In this document: piece by piece, positions 41,701-56,500 of the stretch
Layout: each line of letters begins with the position of its first letter
Numbering within the stretch: position 1 is the first letter of the stretch
NCBI GenBank assembly: GCA_964016885.1
Contig: CAXHJY010001429.1
Location: 39,301 to 103,300 of the forward strand
Reading direction: 5' to 3'
Length of the DNA stretch: 64,000 bases
DNA from: Eledone cirrhosa
Lineage: Eukaryota
The notes under the pieces: model-generated
The model's input: the letters and a program-made list of their open reading frames with translations, nothing else
Database searches by the model: none
Told to the model about the DNA's origin: nothing
Made by a program: the position numbers and the translations under genes

Positions 41701-44700
41701 ATTCACGCCACACATAGCCAATGAGTGTCTGCACATGTACCAGTAATTACAGATCGATCCGACCACGGGCGGCCGGCCCGCGATTGAAAAGGTAACTCCG
41801 CCGGCAAATCGTCATTTTTGGATTCGTTTTCTTCGAAGCACACCATTCGCCGGCGGACTTTGTTGACGTTTAACACGGTTTGGTTCCACAGCCACAACTA
41901 TTGATTTTACGGAGATATCTTGCTGAAATTCACGCCACACATAGCCAATGAGTGTCTGCACATGTACCAGTAATTACAGATCGATCCGACCACGGGCGGC
42001 CGGCCCGCGATTAAAAAGGTAACTCCGCCGGCAAATCGTCATTTTTGGATTCGTTTTCTTCGAAGCACACCATTCGCCGGCGGACTTTGTTGACGTTTAA
42101 CACGGTTTGGTTCCACAGCCACAACTATTGATTTTACGGAGATATCTTGCTGAAATTCACGCCGCACATAGCCAATGAGTGTCTGCACATGTACCAGTAA
42201 TTACAGATCGATCCGACCACGGGCGGCCGGCCCGCGATTGAAAAGGTAACTCCGCCGGCAAATCGTCATTTTTGGATTCGTTTTCTTCGAAGCACACCAT
42301 TCGACGGCGGACTTTGTTGACGTTTAACACGGTTTGGTTCCACAGCCACAACTATTGATTTTACGGAGATATCTTGCTGAAATTCACGCCACACATAGCC
42401 AATGAGTGTCTGCACATGTACCAGTAATTACAGATCGATCCGACCACGGGCGGCCGGCCCGCGATTAAAAAGGTAACTCCGCCGGCAAATCGTCATTTTT
42501 GGATTCGTTTTCTTCGAAGCACACCATTCGCCGGCGGACTTTGTTGACGTTTAACACGGTTTGGTTCCACAGCCACAACTATTGAATTTACGGAGATATC
42601 TTGCTGAAATTCACGCCACACATAGCCAATGAGTGTCTGCACATGTACCAGTAATTACAGATCGATCCGACCACGGGCGGCCGGCCCGCGATTGAAAAGG
42701 TAACTCCGCCGGCAAATCGTCATTTTTGGATTCGTTTTCTTCGAAGCACACCATTCGCCGGCGGACTTTGTTGACGTTTAACACGGTTTGGTTCCACAGC
42801 CACAACTATTGATTTTACGGAGATATCTTGCTGAAATTCACGCCGCACATAGCCAATGAGTGTCTGCACATGTACCAGTAATTACAGATCGATCTGACCA
42901 CGGGCGGCCGGCCCGCGATTGAAAAGGTAACTCCGCCGGCAAATCGTCATTTTTGGATTCGTTTTCTTCGAAGCACACCATTCGCCGGCGGACTTTGTTG
43001 ACGTTTAACACGGTTTGGTTCCACAGCCACAACTATTGATTTTACGGAGATATCTTGCTGAAATTCACGCCGCACATAGCCAATGAGTGTCTGCACATGT
43101 ACCAGTAATTACAGATCGATCCGACCACGGGCGGCCGGCCCGCGATTGAAAAGGTAACTCCGCCGGCAAATCGTCATTTTTGGATTCGTTTTCTTCGAAG
43201 CACACCATTCGCCGGCGGACTTTGTTGACGTTTAACACGGTTTGGTTCCACAGCCACAACTATTGATTTTACGGAGATATCTTGCTGAAATTCACGCCAC
43301 ACATAGCCAATGAGTGTCTGCACATGTACCAGTAATTACAGATCGATCCGACCACGGGCGGCCGGCCCGCGATTGAAAAGGTAACTCCGCCGGCAAATCG
43401 TCATTTTTGGATTCGTTTTCTTCGAAGCACACCATTCGCCGGCGGACTTTGTTGACGTTTAACACGGTTTGGTTCCACAGCCACAACTATTGATTTTACG
43501 GAGATATCTTGCTGAAATTCACGCCGCACATAGCCAATGAGTGTCTGCACATGTACCAGTAATTACAGATCGATCCGACCACGGGCGGCCGGTCCGCGAT
43601 TGAAAAGGTAACTCCGCCGGCAAATCGTCATTTTTGGATTCGTTTTCTTCGAAGCACACCATTCGCCGGCGGACTTTGTTGACGTTTAACACGGTTTGGT
43701 TCCACAGCCACAACTATTGAATTCACGGAGATATCTTGCTGAAATTCACGCCACACATAGCCAATGAGTGTCTGCACATGTACCAGTAATTACAGATCGA
43801 TCCGACCACGGGCGGCCGGCCCGCGATTGAAAAGGTAACTCCGCCGGCAAATCGTCATTTTTGGATTCGTTTTCTTCGAAGCACACCATTCGCCGGCGGA
43901 CTTTGTTGACGTTTAACACGGTTTGGTTCCACAGCCACAACTATTGATTTTACGGAGATATCTTGCTGAAATTCACGCCGCACATAGCCAATGAGTGTCT
44001 GCACATGTACCAGTAATTACAGATCGATCCGACCACGGGCGGCCGGCCCGCGATTGAAAAGGTAACTCCGCCGGCAAATCGTCATTTTTGGATTCGTTTT
44101 CTTCGAAGCACACCATTCGCCGGCGGACTTTGTTGACGTTTAACACGGTTTGGTTCCACAGCCACAACTATTGATTTTACGGAGATATCTTGCTGAAATT
44201 CACGCCGCACATAGCCAATGAGTGTCTGCACATGTACCAGTAATTACAGATCGATCCGACCACGGGCGGCCGGCCCGCGATTGAAAAGGTAACTCCGCCG
44301 GCAAATCGTCATTTTTGGATTCGTTTTCTTCGAAGCACACCATTCGCCGGCGGACTTTGTTGACGTTTAACACGGTTTGGTTCCACAGCCACAACTATTG
44401 ATTTTACGGAAATATCTTGCTGAAATTCACGCCGCACATAGCCAATGAGTGTCTGCACATGTACCAGTAATTACAGATCGATCTGACCACGGGCGGCCGG
44501 CCCGCGATTGAAAAGGTAACTCCGCCGGCAAATCGTCATTTTTGGATTCGTTTTCTTCGAAGCACACCATTCGCCGGCGGACTTTGTTGACGTTTAACAC
44601 GGTTTGGTTCCACAGCCACAACTATTGATTTTACGGAGATATCTTGCTGAAATTCACGCCGCACATAGCCAATGAGTGTCTGCACATGTACCAGTAATTA

Positions 44701-46920
44701 CAGATCGATCCGACCACGGGCGGCCGGCCCGCGATTGAAAAGGTAACTCCGCCGGCAAATCGTCATTTTTGGATTCGTTTTCTTCGAAGCACACCATTCG
44801 CCGGCGGACTTTGTTGACGTTTAACACGGTTTGGTTCCACAGCCACAACTATTGATTTTACGGAGATATCTTGCTGAAATTCACGCCGCACATAGCCAAT
44901 GAGTGTCTGCACATGTACCAGTAATTACAGATCGATCTGACCACGGGCGGCCGGCCCGCGATTGAAAAGGTAACTCCGCCGGCAAATCGTCATTTTTGGA
45001 TTCGTTTTCTTCGAAGCACACCATTCGCCGGCGGACTTTGTTGACGTTTAACACGGTTTGGTTCCACAGCCACAACTATTGATTTTACGGAGATATCTTG
45101 CTGAAATTCACGCCGCACATAGCCAATGAGTGTCTGCACATGTACCAGTAATTACAGATCTATCCGACCACGGGCGGCCGGCCCGCGATTGAAAAGGTAA
45201 CTCCGCCGGCAAATCGTCATTTTTGGATTCGTTTTCTTCGAAGCACACCATTCGCCGGCGGACTTTGTTGACGTTTAACACGGTTTGGTTCCACAGCCAC
45301 AACTATTGATTTTACGGAGATATCTTGCTGAAATTCACGCCACACATAGCCAATGAGTGTCTGCACATGTACCAGTAATTACAGATCGATCCGACCACGG
45401 GCGGCCGGCCCGCGATTGAAAAGGTAACTCCGCCGGCAAATCGTCATTTTTGGATTCGTTTTCTTCGAAGCACACCATTCGCCGGCGGACTTTGTTGACG
45501 TTTAACACGGTTTGGTTCCACAGCCACAACTATTGATTTTACGGAGATATCTTGCTGAAATTCACGCCACACATAGCCAATGAGTGTCTGCACATGTACC
45601 AGTAATTACAGATCGATCCGACCACGGGCGGCCGGCCCGCGATTGAAAAGGTAACTCCGCCGGCAAATCGTCATTTTTGGATTCGTTTTCTTCGAAGCAC
45701 ACCATTCGCCGGCGGACTTTGTTGACGTTTAACACGGTTTGGTTCCACAGCCACAACTATTGATTTTACGGAGATATCTTGCTGAAATTCACGCCGCACA
45801 TAGCCAATGAGTGTCTGCACATGTACCAGTAATTACAGATCGATCCGACCACGGGCGGCCGGTCCGCGATTGAAAAGGTAACTCCGCCGGCAAATCGTCA
45901 TTTTTGGATTCGTTTTCTTCGAAGCACACCATTCGCCGGCGGGCTTTGTTGACGTTTAACACGGTTTGGTTCCACAGCCACAACTATTGATTTTACGGAG
46001 ATATCTTGCTGAAATTCACGCCGCACATAGCCAATGAGTGTCTGCACATGTACCAGTAATTACAGATCGATCCGACCACGGGCGGCCGGCCCGCGATTGA
46101 AAAGGTAACTCCGCCGGCAAATCGTCATTTTTGGATTCGTTTTCTTCGAAGCACACCATTCGCCGGCGGACTTTGTTGATCTTTTAACACGGTTTGGTTC
46201 CACAGTCACAACTATTGATTTTACGGAGATATCTTGCTGAAATTCACGCCGCACATAGCCAATGAGTGTCTGCACATGTACCAGTAATTACAGATCGATC
46301 CGACCACGGGCGGCCGGCCCGCGATTGAAAAGGTAACTCCGCCGGCAAATCGTCATTTTTGGATTCGTTTTCTTCGAAGCACACCATTCGCCGGCGGACT
46401 TTGTTGACGTTTAACACGGTTTGGTTCCACAGCCACAACTATTGATTTTACGGAGATATCTTGCTGAAATTCACGCCGCACATAGCCAATGAGTGTCTGC
46501 ACATGTACCAGTAATTACAGATCGATCCGACCACGGGCGGCCGGCCCGCGATTGAAAAGGTAACTCCGCCGGCAAATCGTCATTTTTGGATTCGTTTTCT
46601 TCGAAGCACACCATTCGCCGGCGGACATTGTTGACGTTTAACACGGTTTGGTTCCACAGCCACAACTATTGATTTTACGGAGATATCTTGCTGAAATTCA
46701 CGCCACACATAGCCAATGCGTGTCTGCACATGTACCAGTAATTACAGATCGATCCGACCACGGGCGGCCGGCCCGCGATTGAAAAGGTAACTCCGCCGGC
46801 AAATCGTCATTTTTGGATTCGTTTTCTTCGAAGCACACCATTCGCCGGCGGACTTTGTTGACGTTTAACACGGTTTGGTTCCACAGCCACAACTATTGAA
46901 TTTACGGAGATATCTTGCTG
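36027..46920. repeat. Duplication of a block of about 24 monomers, offset 5903 bp in its first part and 5449 bp in its second
   Basis: ttcgAcgg at 36401/42304 gives the 5903 offset. The ggcggGctt units (40340/45789), indel units (40731/46180) and aatgCg (41270/46719) give the 5449 offset. Confidence 0.82.
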
Positions 46921-49900
46921 AAATTCACGCCACACATAGCCAATGAGTGTCTGCACATGTACCAGTAATTACAGATCGATCCGACCACGGGCGGCCGGCC
47001 CGCGATTGAAAAGGTAACTCCGCCGGCAAATCGTCATTTTTGGATTCGTTTTCTTCGAAGCACACCATTCGCCGGCGGACTTTGTTGACGTTTAACACGG
47101 TTTGGTTCCACAGCCACAACTATTGATTTTACGGAGATATCTTGCTGAAATTCACGCCGCACATAGCCAATGAGTGTCTGCACATGTACCAGTAATTACA
47201 GATCGATCCGACCACGGGCGGCCGGTCCGCGATTGAAAAGGTAACTCCGCCGGCAAATCGTCATTTTTGGATTCGTTTTCTTCGAAGCACACCATTCGCC
47301 GGCGGACTTTGTTGACGTTTAACACGGTTTGGTTCCACAGCCACAACTATTGAATTCACGGAGATATCTTGCTGAAATTCACGCCACACATAGCCAATGA
47401 GTGTCTGCACATGTACCAGTAATTACAGATCGATCCGACCACGGGCGGCCGGCCCGCGATTGAAAAGGTAACTCCGCCGGCAAATCGTCATTTTTGGATT
47501 CGTTTTCTTCGAAGCACACCATTCGCCGGCGGACTTTGTTGACGTTTAACACGGTTTGGTTCCACAGCCACAACTATTGATTTTACGGAGATATCTTGCT
47601 GAAATTCACGCCGCACATAGCCAATGAGTGTCTGCACATGTACCAGTAATTACAGATCGATCTGACCACGGGCGGCCGGCCCGCGATTGAAAAGGTAACT
47701 CCGCCGGCAAATCGTCATTTTTGGATTCGTTTTCTTCGAAGCACACCATTCGCCGGCGGACTTTGTTGACGTTTAACACGGTTTGGTTCCACAGCCACAA
47801 CTATTGATTTTACGGAGATATCTTGCTGAAATTCACGCCGCACATAGCCAATGAGTGTCTGCACATGTACCAGTAATTACAGATCTATCCGACCACGGGC
47901 GGCCGGCCCGCGATTGAAAAGGTAACTCCGCCGGCAAATCGTCATTTTTGGATTCGTTTTCTTCGAAGCACACCATTCGCCGGCGGACTTTGTTGACGTT
48001 TAACACGGTTTGGTTCCACAGCCACAACTATTGATTTTACGGAGATATCTTGCTGAAATTCACGCCACACATAGCCAATGAGTGTCTGCACATGTACCAG
48101 TAATTACAGATCGATCCGACCACGGGCGGCCGGCCCGCGATTGAAAAGGTAACTCCGCCGGCAAATCGTCATTTTTGGATTCGTTTTCTTCGAAGCACAC
48201 CATTCGCCGGCGGACTTTGTTGACGTTTAACACGGTTTGGTTCCACAGCCACAACTATTGATTTTACGGAGATATCTTGCTGAAATTCACGCCACACATA
48301 GCCAATGAGTGTCTGCACATGTACCAGTAATTACAGATCGATCCGACCACGGGCGGCCGGCCCGCGATTGAAAAGGTAACTCCGCCGGCAAATCGTCATT
48401 TTTGGATTCGTTTTCTTCGAAGCACACCATTCGCCGGCGGACTTTGTTGACGTTTAACACGGTTTGGTTCCACAGCCACAACTATTGATTTTACGGAGAT
48501 ATCTTGCTGAAATTCACGCCGCACATAGCCAATGAGTGTCTGCACATGTACCAGTAATTACAGATCGATCCGACCACGGGCGGCCGGTCCGCGATTGAAA
48601 AGGTAACTCCGCCGGCAAATCGTCATTTTTGGATTCGTTTTCTTCGAAGCACACCATTCGCCGGCGGACTTTGTTGACGTTTAACACGGTTTGGTTCCAC
48701 AGCCACAACTATTGATTTTACGGAGATATCTTGCTGAAATTCACGCCACACATAGCCAATGAGTGTCTGCACATGTACCAGTAATTACAGATCGATCCGA
48801 CCACGGGCGGCCGGCCCGCGATTGAAAAGGTAACTCCGCCGGCAAATCGTCATTTTTGGATTCGTTTTCTTCGAAGCACACCATTCGCCGGCGGACTTTG
48901 TTGACGTTTAACACGGTTTGGTTCCACAGCCACAACTATTGATTTTACGGAGATATCTTGCTGAAATTCACGCCGCACATAGCCAATGAGTGTCTGCACA
49001 TGTACCAGTAATTACAGATCGATCCGACCACGGGCGGCCGGTCCGCGATTGAAAAGGTAACTCCGCCGGCAAATCGTCATTTTTGGATTCGTTTTCTTCG
49101 AAGCACACCATTCGCCGGCGGACTTTGTTGACGTTTAACACGGTTTGGTTCCACAGCCACAACTATTGATTTTACGGAGATATCTTGCTGAAATTCACGC
49201 CGCACATAGCCAATGAGTGTCTGCACATGTACCAGTAATTACAGATCGATCCGACCACGGGCGGCCGGCCCGCGATTGAAAAGGTAACTCCGCCGGCAAA
49301 TCGTCATTTTTGGATTCGTTTTCTTCGAAGCACACCATTCGCCGGCGGACATTGTTGACGTTTAACACGGTTTGGTTCCACAGCCACAACTATTGATTTT
49401 ACGGAGATATCTTGCTGAAATTCACGCCACACATAGCCAATGCGTGTCTGCACATGTACCAGTAATTACAGATCGATCCGACCACGGGCGGCCGGCCCGC
49501 GATTGAAAAGGTAACTCCGCCGGCAAATCGTCATTTTTGGATTCGTTTTCTTCGAAGCACACCATTCGCCGGCGGACTTTGTTGACGTTTAACACGGTTT
49601 GGTTCCACAGCCACAACTATTGAATTTACGGAGATATCTTGCTGAAATTCACGCCACACATAGCCAATGAGTGTCTGCACATGTACCAGTAATTACAGAT
49701 CGATCCGACCACGGGCGGCCGGCCCGCGATTGAAAAGGTAACTCCGCCGGCAAATCGTCATTTTTGGATTCGTTTTCTTCGAAGCACACCATTCGCCGGC
49801 GGACTTTGTTGACGTTTAACACGGTTTGGTTCCACAGCCACAACTATTGATTTTACGGAGATATCTTGCTGAAATTCACGCCGCACATAGCCAATGAGTG

Positions 49901-50556
49901 TCTGCACATGTACCAGTAATTACAGATCGATCCGACCACGGGCGGCCGGTCCGCGATTGAAAAGGTAACTCCGCCGGCAAATCGTCATTTTTGGATTCGT
50001 TTTCTTCGAAGCACACCATTCGCCGGCGGACTTTGTTGACGTTTAACACGGTTTGGTTCCACAGCCACAACTATTGAATTCACGGAGATATCTTGCTGAA
50101 ATTCACGCCACACATAGCCAATGAGTGTCTGCACATGTACCAGTAATTACAGATCGATCCGACCACGGGCGGCCGGCCCGCGATTGAAAAGGTAACTCCG
50201 CCGGCAAATCGTCATTTTTGGATTCGTTTTCTTCGAAGCACACCATTCGCCGGCGGACTTTGTTGACGTTTAACACGGTTTGGTTCCACAGCCACAACTA
50301 TTGATTTTACGGAGATATCTTGCTGAAATTCACGCCGCACATAGCCAATGAGTGTCTGCACATGTACCAGTAATTACAGATCTATCCGACCACGGGCGGC
50401 CGGCCCGCGATTGAAAAGGTAACTCCGCCGGCAAATCGTCATTTTTGGATTCGTTTTCTTCGAAGCACACCATTCGCCGGCGGACTTTGTTGACGTTTAA
50501 CACGGTTTGGTTCCACAGCCACAACTATTGATTTTACGGAGATATCTTGCTGAAAT

Positions 50557-53500
50557 TCACGCCACACATAGCCAATGAGTGTCTGCACATGTACCAGTAA
50601 TTACAGATCGATCCGACCACGGGCGGCCGGCCCGCGATTGAAAAGGTAACTCCGCCGGCAAATCGTCATTTTTGGATTCGTTTTCTTCGAAGCACACCAT
50701 TCGCCGGCGGACTTTGTTGACGTTTAACACGGTTTGGTTCCACAGCCACAACTATTGATTTTACGGAGATATCTTGCTGAAATTCACGCCACACATAGCC
50801 AATGAGTGTCTGCACATGTACCAGTAATTACAGATCGATCCGACCACGGGCGGCCGGCCCGCGATTGAAAAGGTAACTCCGCCGGCAAATCGTCATTTTT
50901 GGATTCGTTTTCTTCGAAGCACACCATTCGCCGGCGGACTTTGTTGACGTTTAACACGGTTTGGTTCCACAGCCACAACTATTGATTTTACGGAGATATC
51001 TTGCTGAAATTCACGCCGCACATAGCCAATGAGTGTCTGCACATGTACCAGTAATTACAGATCGATCCGACCACGGGCGGCCGGTCCGCGATTGAAAAGG
51101 TAACTCCGCCGGCAAATCGTCATTTTTGGATTCGTTTTCTTCGAAGCACACCATTCGCCGGCGGACTTTGTTGACGTTTAACACGGTTTGGTTCCACAGC
51201 CACAACTATTGAATTCACGGAGATATCTTGCTGAAATTCACGCCACACATAGCCAATGAGTGTCTGCACATGTACCAGTAATTACAGATCGATCCGACCA
51301 CGGGCGGCCGGCCCGCGATTGAAAAGGTAACTCCGCCGGCAAATCGTCATTTTTGGATTCGTTTTCTTCGAAGCACACCATTCGCCGGCGGACTTTGTTG
51401 ACGTTTAACACGGTTTGGTTCCACAGCCACAACTATTGATTTTACGGAGATATCTTGCTGAAATTCACGCCGCACATAGCCAATGAGTGTCTGCACATGT
51501 ACCAGTAATTACAGATCGATCCGACCACGGGCGGCCGGCCCGCGATTGAAAAGGTAACTCCGCCGGCAAATCGTCATTTTTGGATTCGTTTTCTTCGAAG
51601 CACACCATTCGCCGGCGGACTTTGTTGACGTTTAACACGGTTTGGTTCCACAGCCACAACTATTGATTTTACGGAGATATCTTGCTGAAATTCACGCCGC
51701 ACATAGCCAATGAGTGTCTGCACATGTACCAGTAATTACAGATCGATCCGACCACGGGCGGCCGGCCCGCGATTGAAAAGGTAACTCCGCCGGCAAATCG
51801 TCATTTTTGGATTCGTTTTCTTCGAAGCACACCATTCGCCGGCGGACTTTGTTGACGTTTAACACGGTTTGGTTCCACAGCCACAACTATTGATTTTACG
51901 GAGATATCTTGCTGAAATTCACGCCACACATAGCCAATGAGTGTCTGCACATGTACCAGTAATTACAGATCGATCCGACCACGGGCGGCCGGCCCGCGAT
52001 TAAAAAGGTAACTCCGCCGGCAAATCGTCATTTTTGGATTCGTTTTCTTCGAAGCACACCATTCGCCGGCGGACTTTGTTGACGTTTAACACGGTTTGGT
52101 TCCACAGCCACAACTATTGAATTTACGGAGATATCTTGCTGAAATTCACGCCACACATAGCCAATGAGTGTCTGCACATGTACCAGTAATTACAGATCGA
52201 TCCGACCACGGGCGGCCGGCCCGCGATTGAAAAGGTAACTCCGCCGGCAAATCGTCATTTTTGGATTCGTTTTCTTCGAAGCACACCATTCGCCGGCGGA
52301 CTTTGTTGACGTTTAACACGGTTTGGTTCCACAGCCACAACTATTGATTTTACGGAGATATCTTGCTGAAATTCACGCCGCACATAGCCAATGAGTGTCT
52401 GCACATGTACCAGTAATTACAGATCGATCTGACCATGGGCGGCCGGCCCGCGATTGAAAAGGTAACTCCGCCGGCAAATCGTCATTTTTGGATTCGTTTT
52501 CTTCGAAGCACACCATTCGCCGGCGGACTTTGTTGACGTTTAACACGGTTTGGTTCCACAGCCACAACTATTGATTTTACGGAGATATCTTGCTGAAATT
52601 CACGCCGCACATAGCCAATGAGTGTCTGCACATGTACCAGTAATTACAGATCTATCCGACCACGGGCGGCCGGCCCGCGATTGAAAAGGTAACTCCGCCG
52701 GCAAATCGTCATTTTTGGATTCGTTTTCTTCGAAGCACACCATTCGCCGGCGGACTTTGTTGACGTTTAACACGGTTTGGTTCCACAGCCACAACTATTG
52801 ATTTTACGGAGATATCTTGCTGAAATTCACGCCACACATAGCCAATGAGTGTCTGCACATGTACCAGTAATTACAGATCGATCCGACCACGGGCGGCCGG
52901 CCCGCGATTGAAAAGGTAACTCCGCCGGCAAATCGTCATTTTTGGATTCGTTTTCTTCGAAGCACACCATTCGCCGGCGGACTTTGTTGACGTTTAACAC
53001 GGTTTGGTTCCACAGCCACAACTATTGAATTTACGGAGATATCTTGCTGAAATTCACGCCACACATAGCCAATGAGTGTCTGCACATGTACCAGTAATTA
53101 CAGATCGATCCGACCACGGGCGGCCGGCCCGCGATTGAAAAGGTAACTCCGCCGGCAAATCGTCATTTTTGGATTCGTTTTCTTCGAAGCACACCATTCG
53201 CCGGCGGACTTTGTTGACGTTTAACACGGTTTGGTTCCACAGCCACAACTATTGAATTAACGGAGATATCTTGCTGAAATTCACGCCACACATAGCCAAT
53301 GAGTGTCTGCACATGTACCAGTAATTACAGATCGATCCGACCACGGGCGGCCGGCCCGCGATTGAAAAGGTAACTCCGCCGGCAAATCGTCATTTTTGGA
53401 TTCGTTTTCTTCGAAGCACACCATTCGCCGGCGGACTTTGTTGACGTTTAACACGGTTTGGTTCCACAGCCACAACTATTGATTTTACGGAGATATCTTG

Positions 53501-56500
53501 CTGAAATTCACGCCGCACATAGCCAATGAGTGTCTGCACATGTACCAGTAATTACAGATCGATCCGACCACGGGCGGCCGGCCCGCGATTGAAAAGGTAA
53601 CTCCGCCGGCAAATCGTCATTTTTGGATTCGTTTTCTTCGAAGCACACCATTCGCCGGCGGACTTTGTTGACGTTTAACACGGTTTGGTTCCACAGCCAC
53701 AACTATTGATTTTACGGAGATATCTTGCTGAAATTCACGCCGCACATAGCCAATGAGTGTCTGCACATGTACCAGTAATTACAGATCGATCCGACCACGG
53801 GCGGCCGGCCCGCGATTGAAAAGGTAACTCCGCCGGCAAATCGTCATTTTTGGATTCGTTTTCTTCGAAGCACACCATTCGCCGGCGGACATTGTTGACG
53901 TTTAACACGGTTTGGTTCCACAGCCACAACTATTGATTTTACGGAGATATCTTGCTGAAATTCACGCCACACATAGCCAATGCGTGTCTGCACATGTACC
54001 AGTAATTACAGATCGATCCGACCACGGGCGGCCGGCCCGCGATTGAAAAGGTAACTCCGCCGGCAAATCGTCATTTTTGGATTCGTTTTCTTCGAAGCAC
54101 ACCATTCGCCGGCGGACTTTGTTGACGTTTAACACGGTTTGGTTCCACAGCCACAACTATTGATTTTACGGAGATATCTTGCTGAAATTCACGCCACACA
54201 TAGCCAATGAGTGTCTGCACATGTACCAGTAATTACAGATCGATCCGACCACGGGCGGCCGGCCCGCGATTGAAAAGGTAACTCCGCCGGCAAATCGTCA
54301 TTTTTGGATTCGTTTTCTTCGAAGCACACCATTCGCCGGCGGACTTTGTTGACGTTTAACACGGTTTGGTTCCACAGCCACAACTATTGAATTTACGGAG
54401 ATATCTTGCTGAAATTCACGCCACACATAGCCAATGAGTGTCTGCACATGTACCAGTAATTACAGATCGATCCGACCACGGGCGGCCGGCCCGCGATTGA
54501 AAAGGTAACTCCGCCGGCAAATCGTCATTTTTGGATTCGTTTTCTTCGAAGCACACCATTCGCCGGCGGACTTTGTTGACGTTTAACACGGTTTGGTTCC
54601 ACAGCCACAACTATTGAATTAACGGAGATATCTTGCTGAAATTCACGCCACACATAGCCAATGAGTGTCTGCACATGTACCAGTAATTACAGATCGATCC
54701 GACCACGGGCGGCCGGCCCGCGATTGAAAAGGTAACTCCGCCGGCAAATCGTCATTTTTGGATTCGTTTTCTTCGAAGCACACCATTCGCCGGCGGACTT
54801 TGTTGACGTTTAACACGGTTTGGTTCCACAGCCACAACTATTGATTTTACGGAGATATCTTGCTGAAATTCACGCCGCACATAGCCAATGAGTGTCTGCA
54901 CATGTACCAGTAATTACAGATCGATCCGACCACGGGCGGCCGGCCCGCGATTGAAAAGGTAACTCCGCCGGCAAATCGTCATTTTTGGATTCGTTTTCTT
55001 CGAAGCACACCATTCGCCGGCGGACATTGTTGACGTTTAACACGGTTTGGTTCCACAGCCACAACTATTGATTTTACGGAGATATCTTGCTGAAATTCAC
55101 GCCACACATAGCCAATGCGTGTCTGCACATGTACCAGTAATTACAGATCGATCCGACCACGGGCGGCCGGCCCGCGATTGAAAAGGTAACTCCGCCGGCA
55201 AATCGTCATTTTTGGATTCGTTTTCTTCGAAGCACACCATTCGCCGGCGGACTTTGTTGACGTTTAACACGGTTTGGTTCCACAGCCACAACTATTGATT
55301 TTACGGAGATATCTTGCTGAAATTCACGCCGCACATAGCCAATGAGTGTCTGCACATGTACCAGTAATTACAGATCGATCCGACCACGGGCGGCCGGTCC
55401 GCGATTGAAAAGGTAACTCCGCCGGCAAATCGTCATTTTTGGATTCGTTTTCTTCGAAGCACACCATTCGCCGGCGGACTTTGTTGACGTTTAACACGGT
55501 TTGGTTCCACAGCCACAACTATTGAATTCACGGAGATATCTTGCTGAAATTCACGCCACACATAGCCAATGAGTGTCTGCACATGTACCAGTAATTACAG
55601 ATCGATCCGACCACGGGCGGCCGGCCCGCGATTGAAAAGGTAACTCCGCCGGCAAATCGTCATTTTTGGATTCGTTTTCTTCGAAGCACACCATTCGCCG
55701 GCGGACTTTGTTGACGTTTAACACGGTTTGGTTCCACAGCCACAACTATTGATTTTACGGAGATATCTTGCTGAAATTCACGCCGCACATAGCCAATGAG
55801 TGTCTGCACATGTACCAGTAATTACAGATCGATCTGACCACGGGCGGCCGGCCCGCGATTGAAAAGGTAACTCCGCCGGCAAATCGTCATTTTTGGATTC
55901 GTTTTCTTCGAAGCACACCATTCGCCGGCGGACTTTGTTGACGTTTAACACGGTTTGGTTCCACAGCCACAACTATTGATTTTACGGAGATATCTTGCTG
56001 AAATTCACGCCACACATAGCCAATGAGTGTCTGCACATGTACCAGTAATTACAGATCGATCCGACCACGGGCGGCCGGCCCGCGATTGAAAAGGTAACTC
56101 CGCCGGCAAATCGTCATTTTTGGATTCGTTTTCTTCGAAGCACACCATTCGCCGGCGGACTTTGTTGACGTTTAACACGGTTTGGTTCCACAGCCACAAC
56201 TATTGATTTTACGGAGATATCTTGCTGAAATTCACGCCACACATAGCCAATGAGTGTCTGCACATGTACCAGTAATTACAGATCGATCCGACCACGGGCG
56301 GCCGGCCCGCGATTGAAAAGGTAACTCCGCCGGCAAATCGTCATTTTTGGATTCGTTTTCTTCGAAGCACACCATTCGCCGGCGGACTTTGTTGACGTTT
56401 AACACGGTTTGGTTCCACAGCCACAACTATTGATTTTACGGAGATATCTTGCTGAAATTCACGCCGCACATAGCCAATGAGTGTCTGCACATGTACCAGT

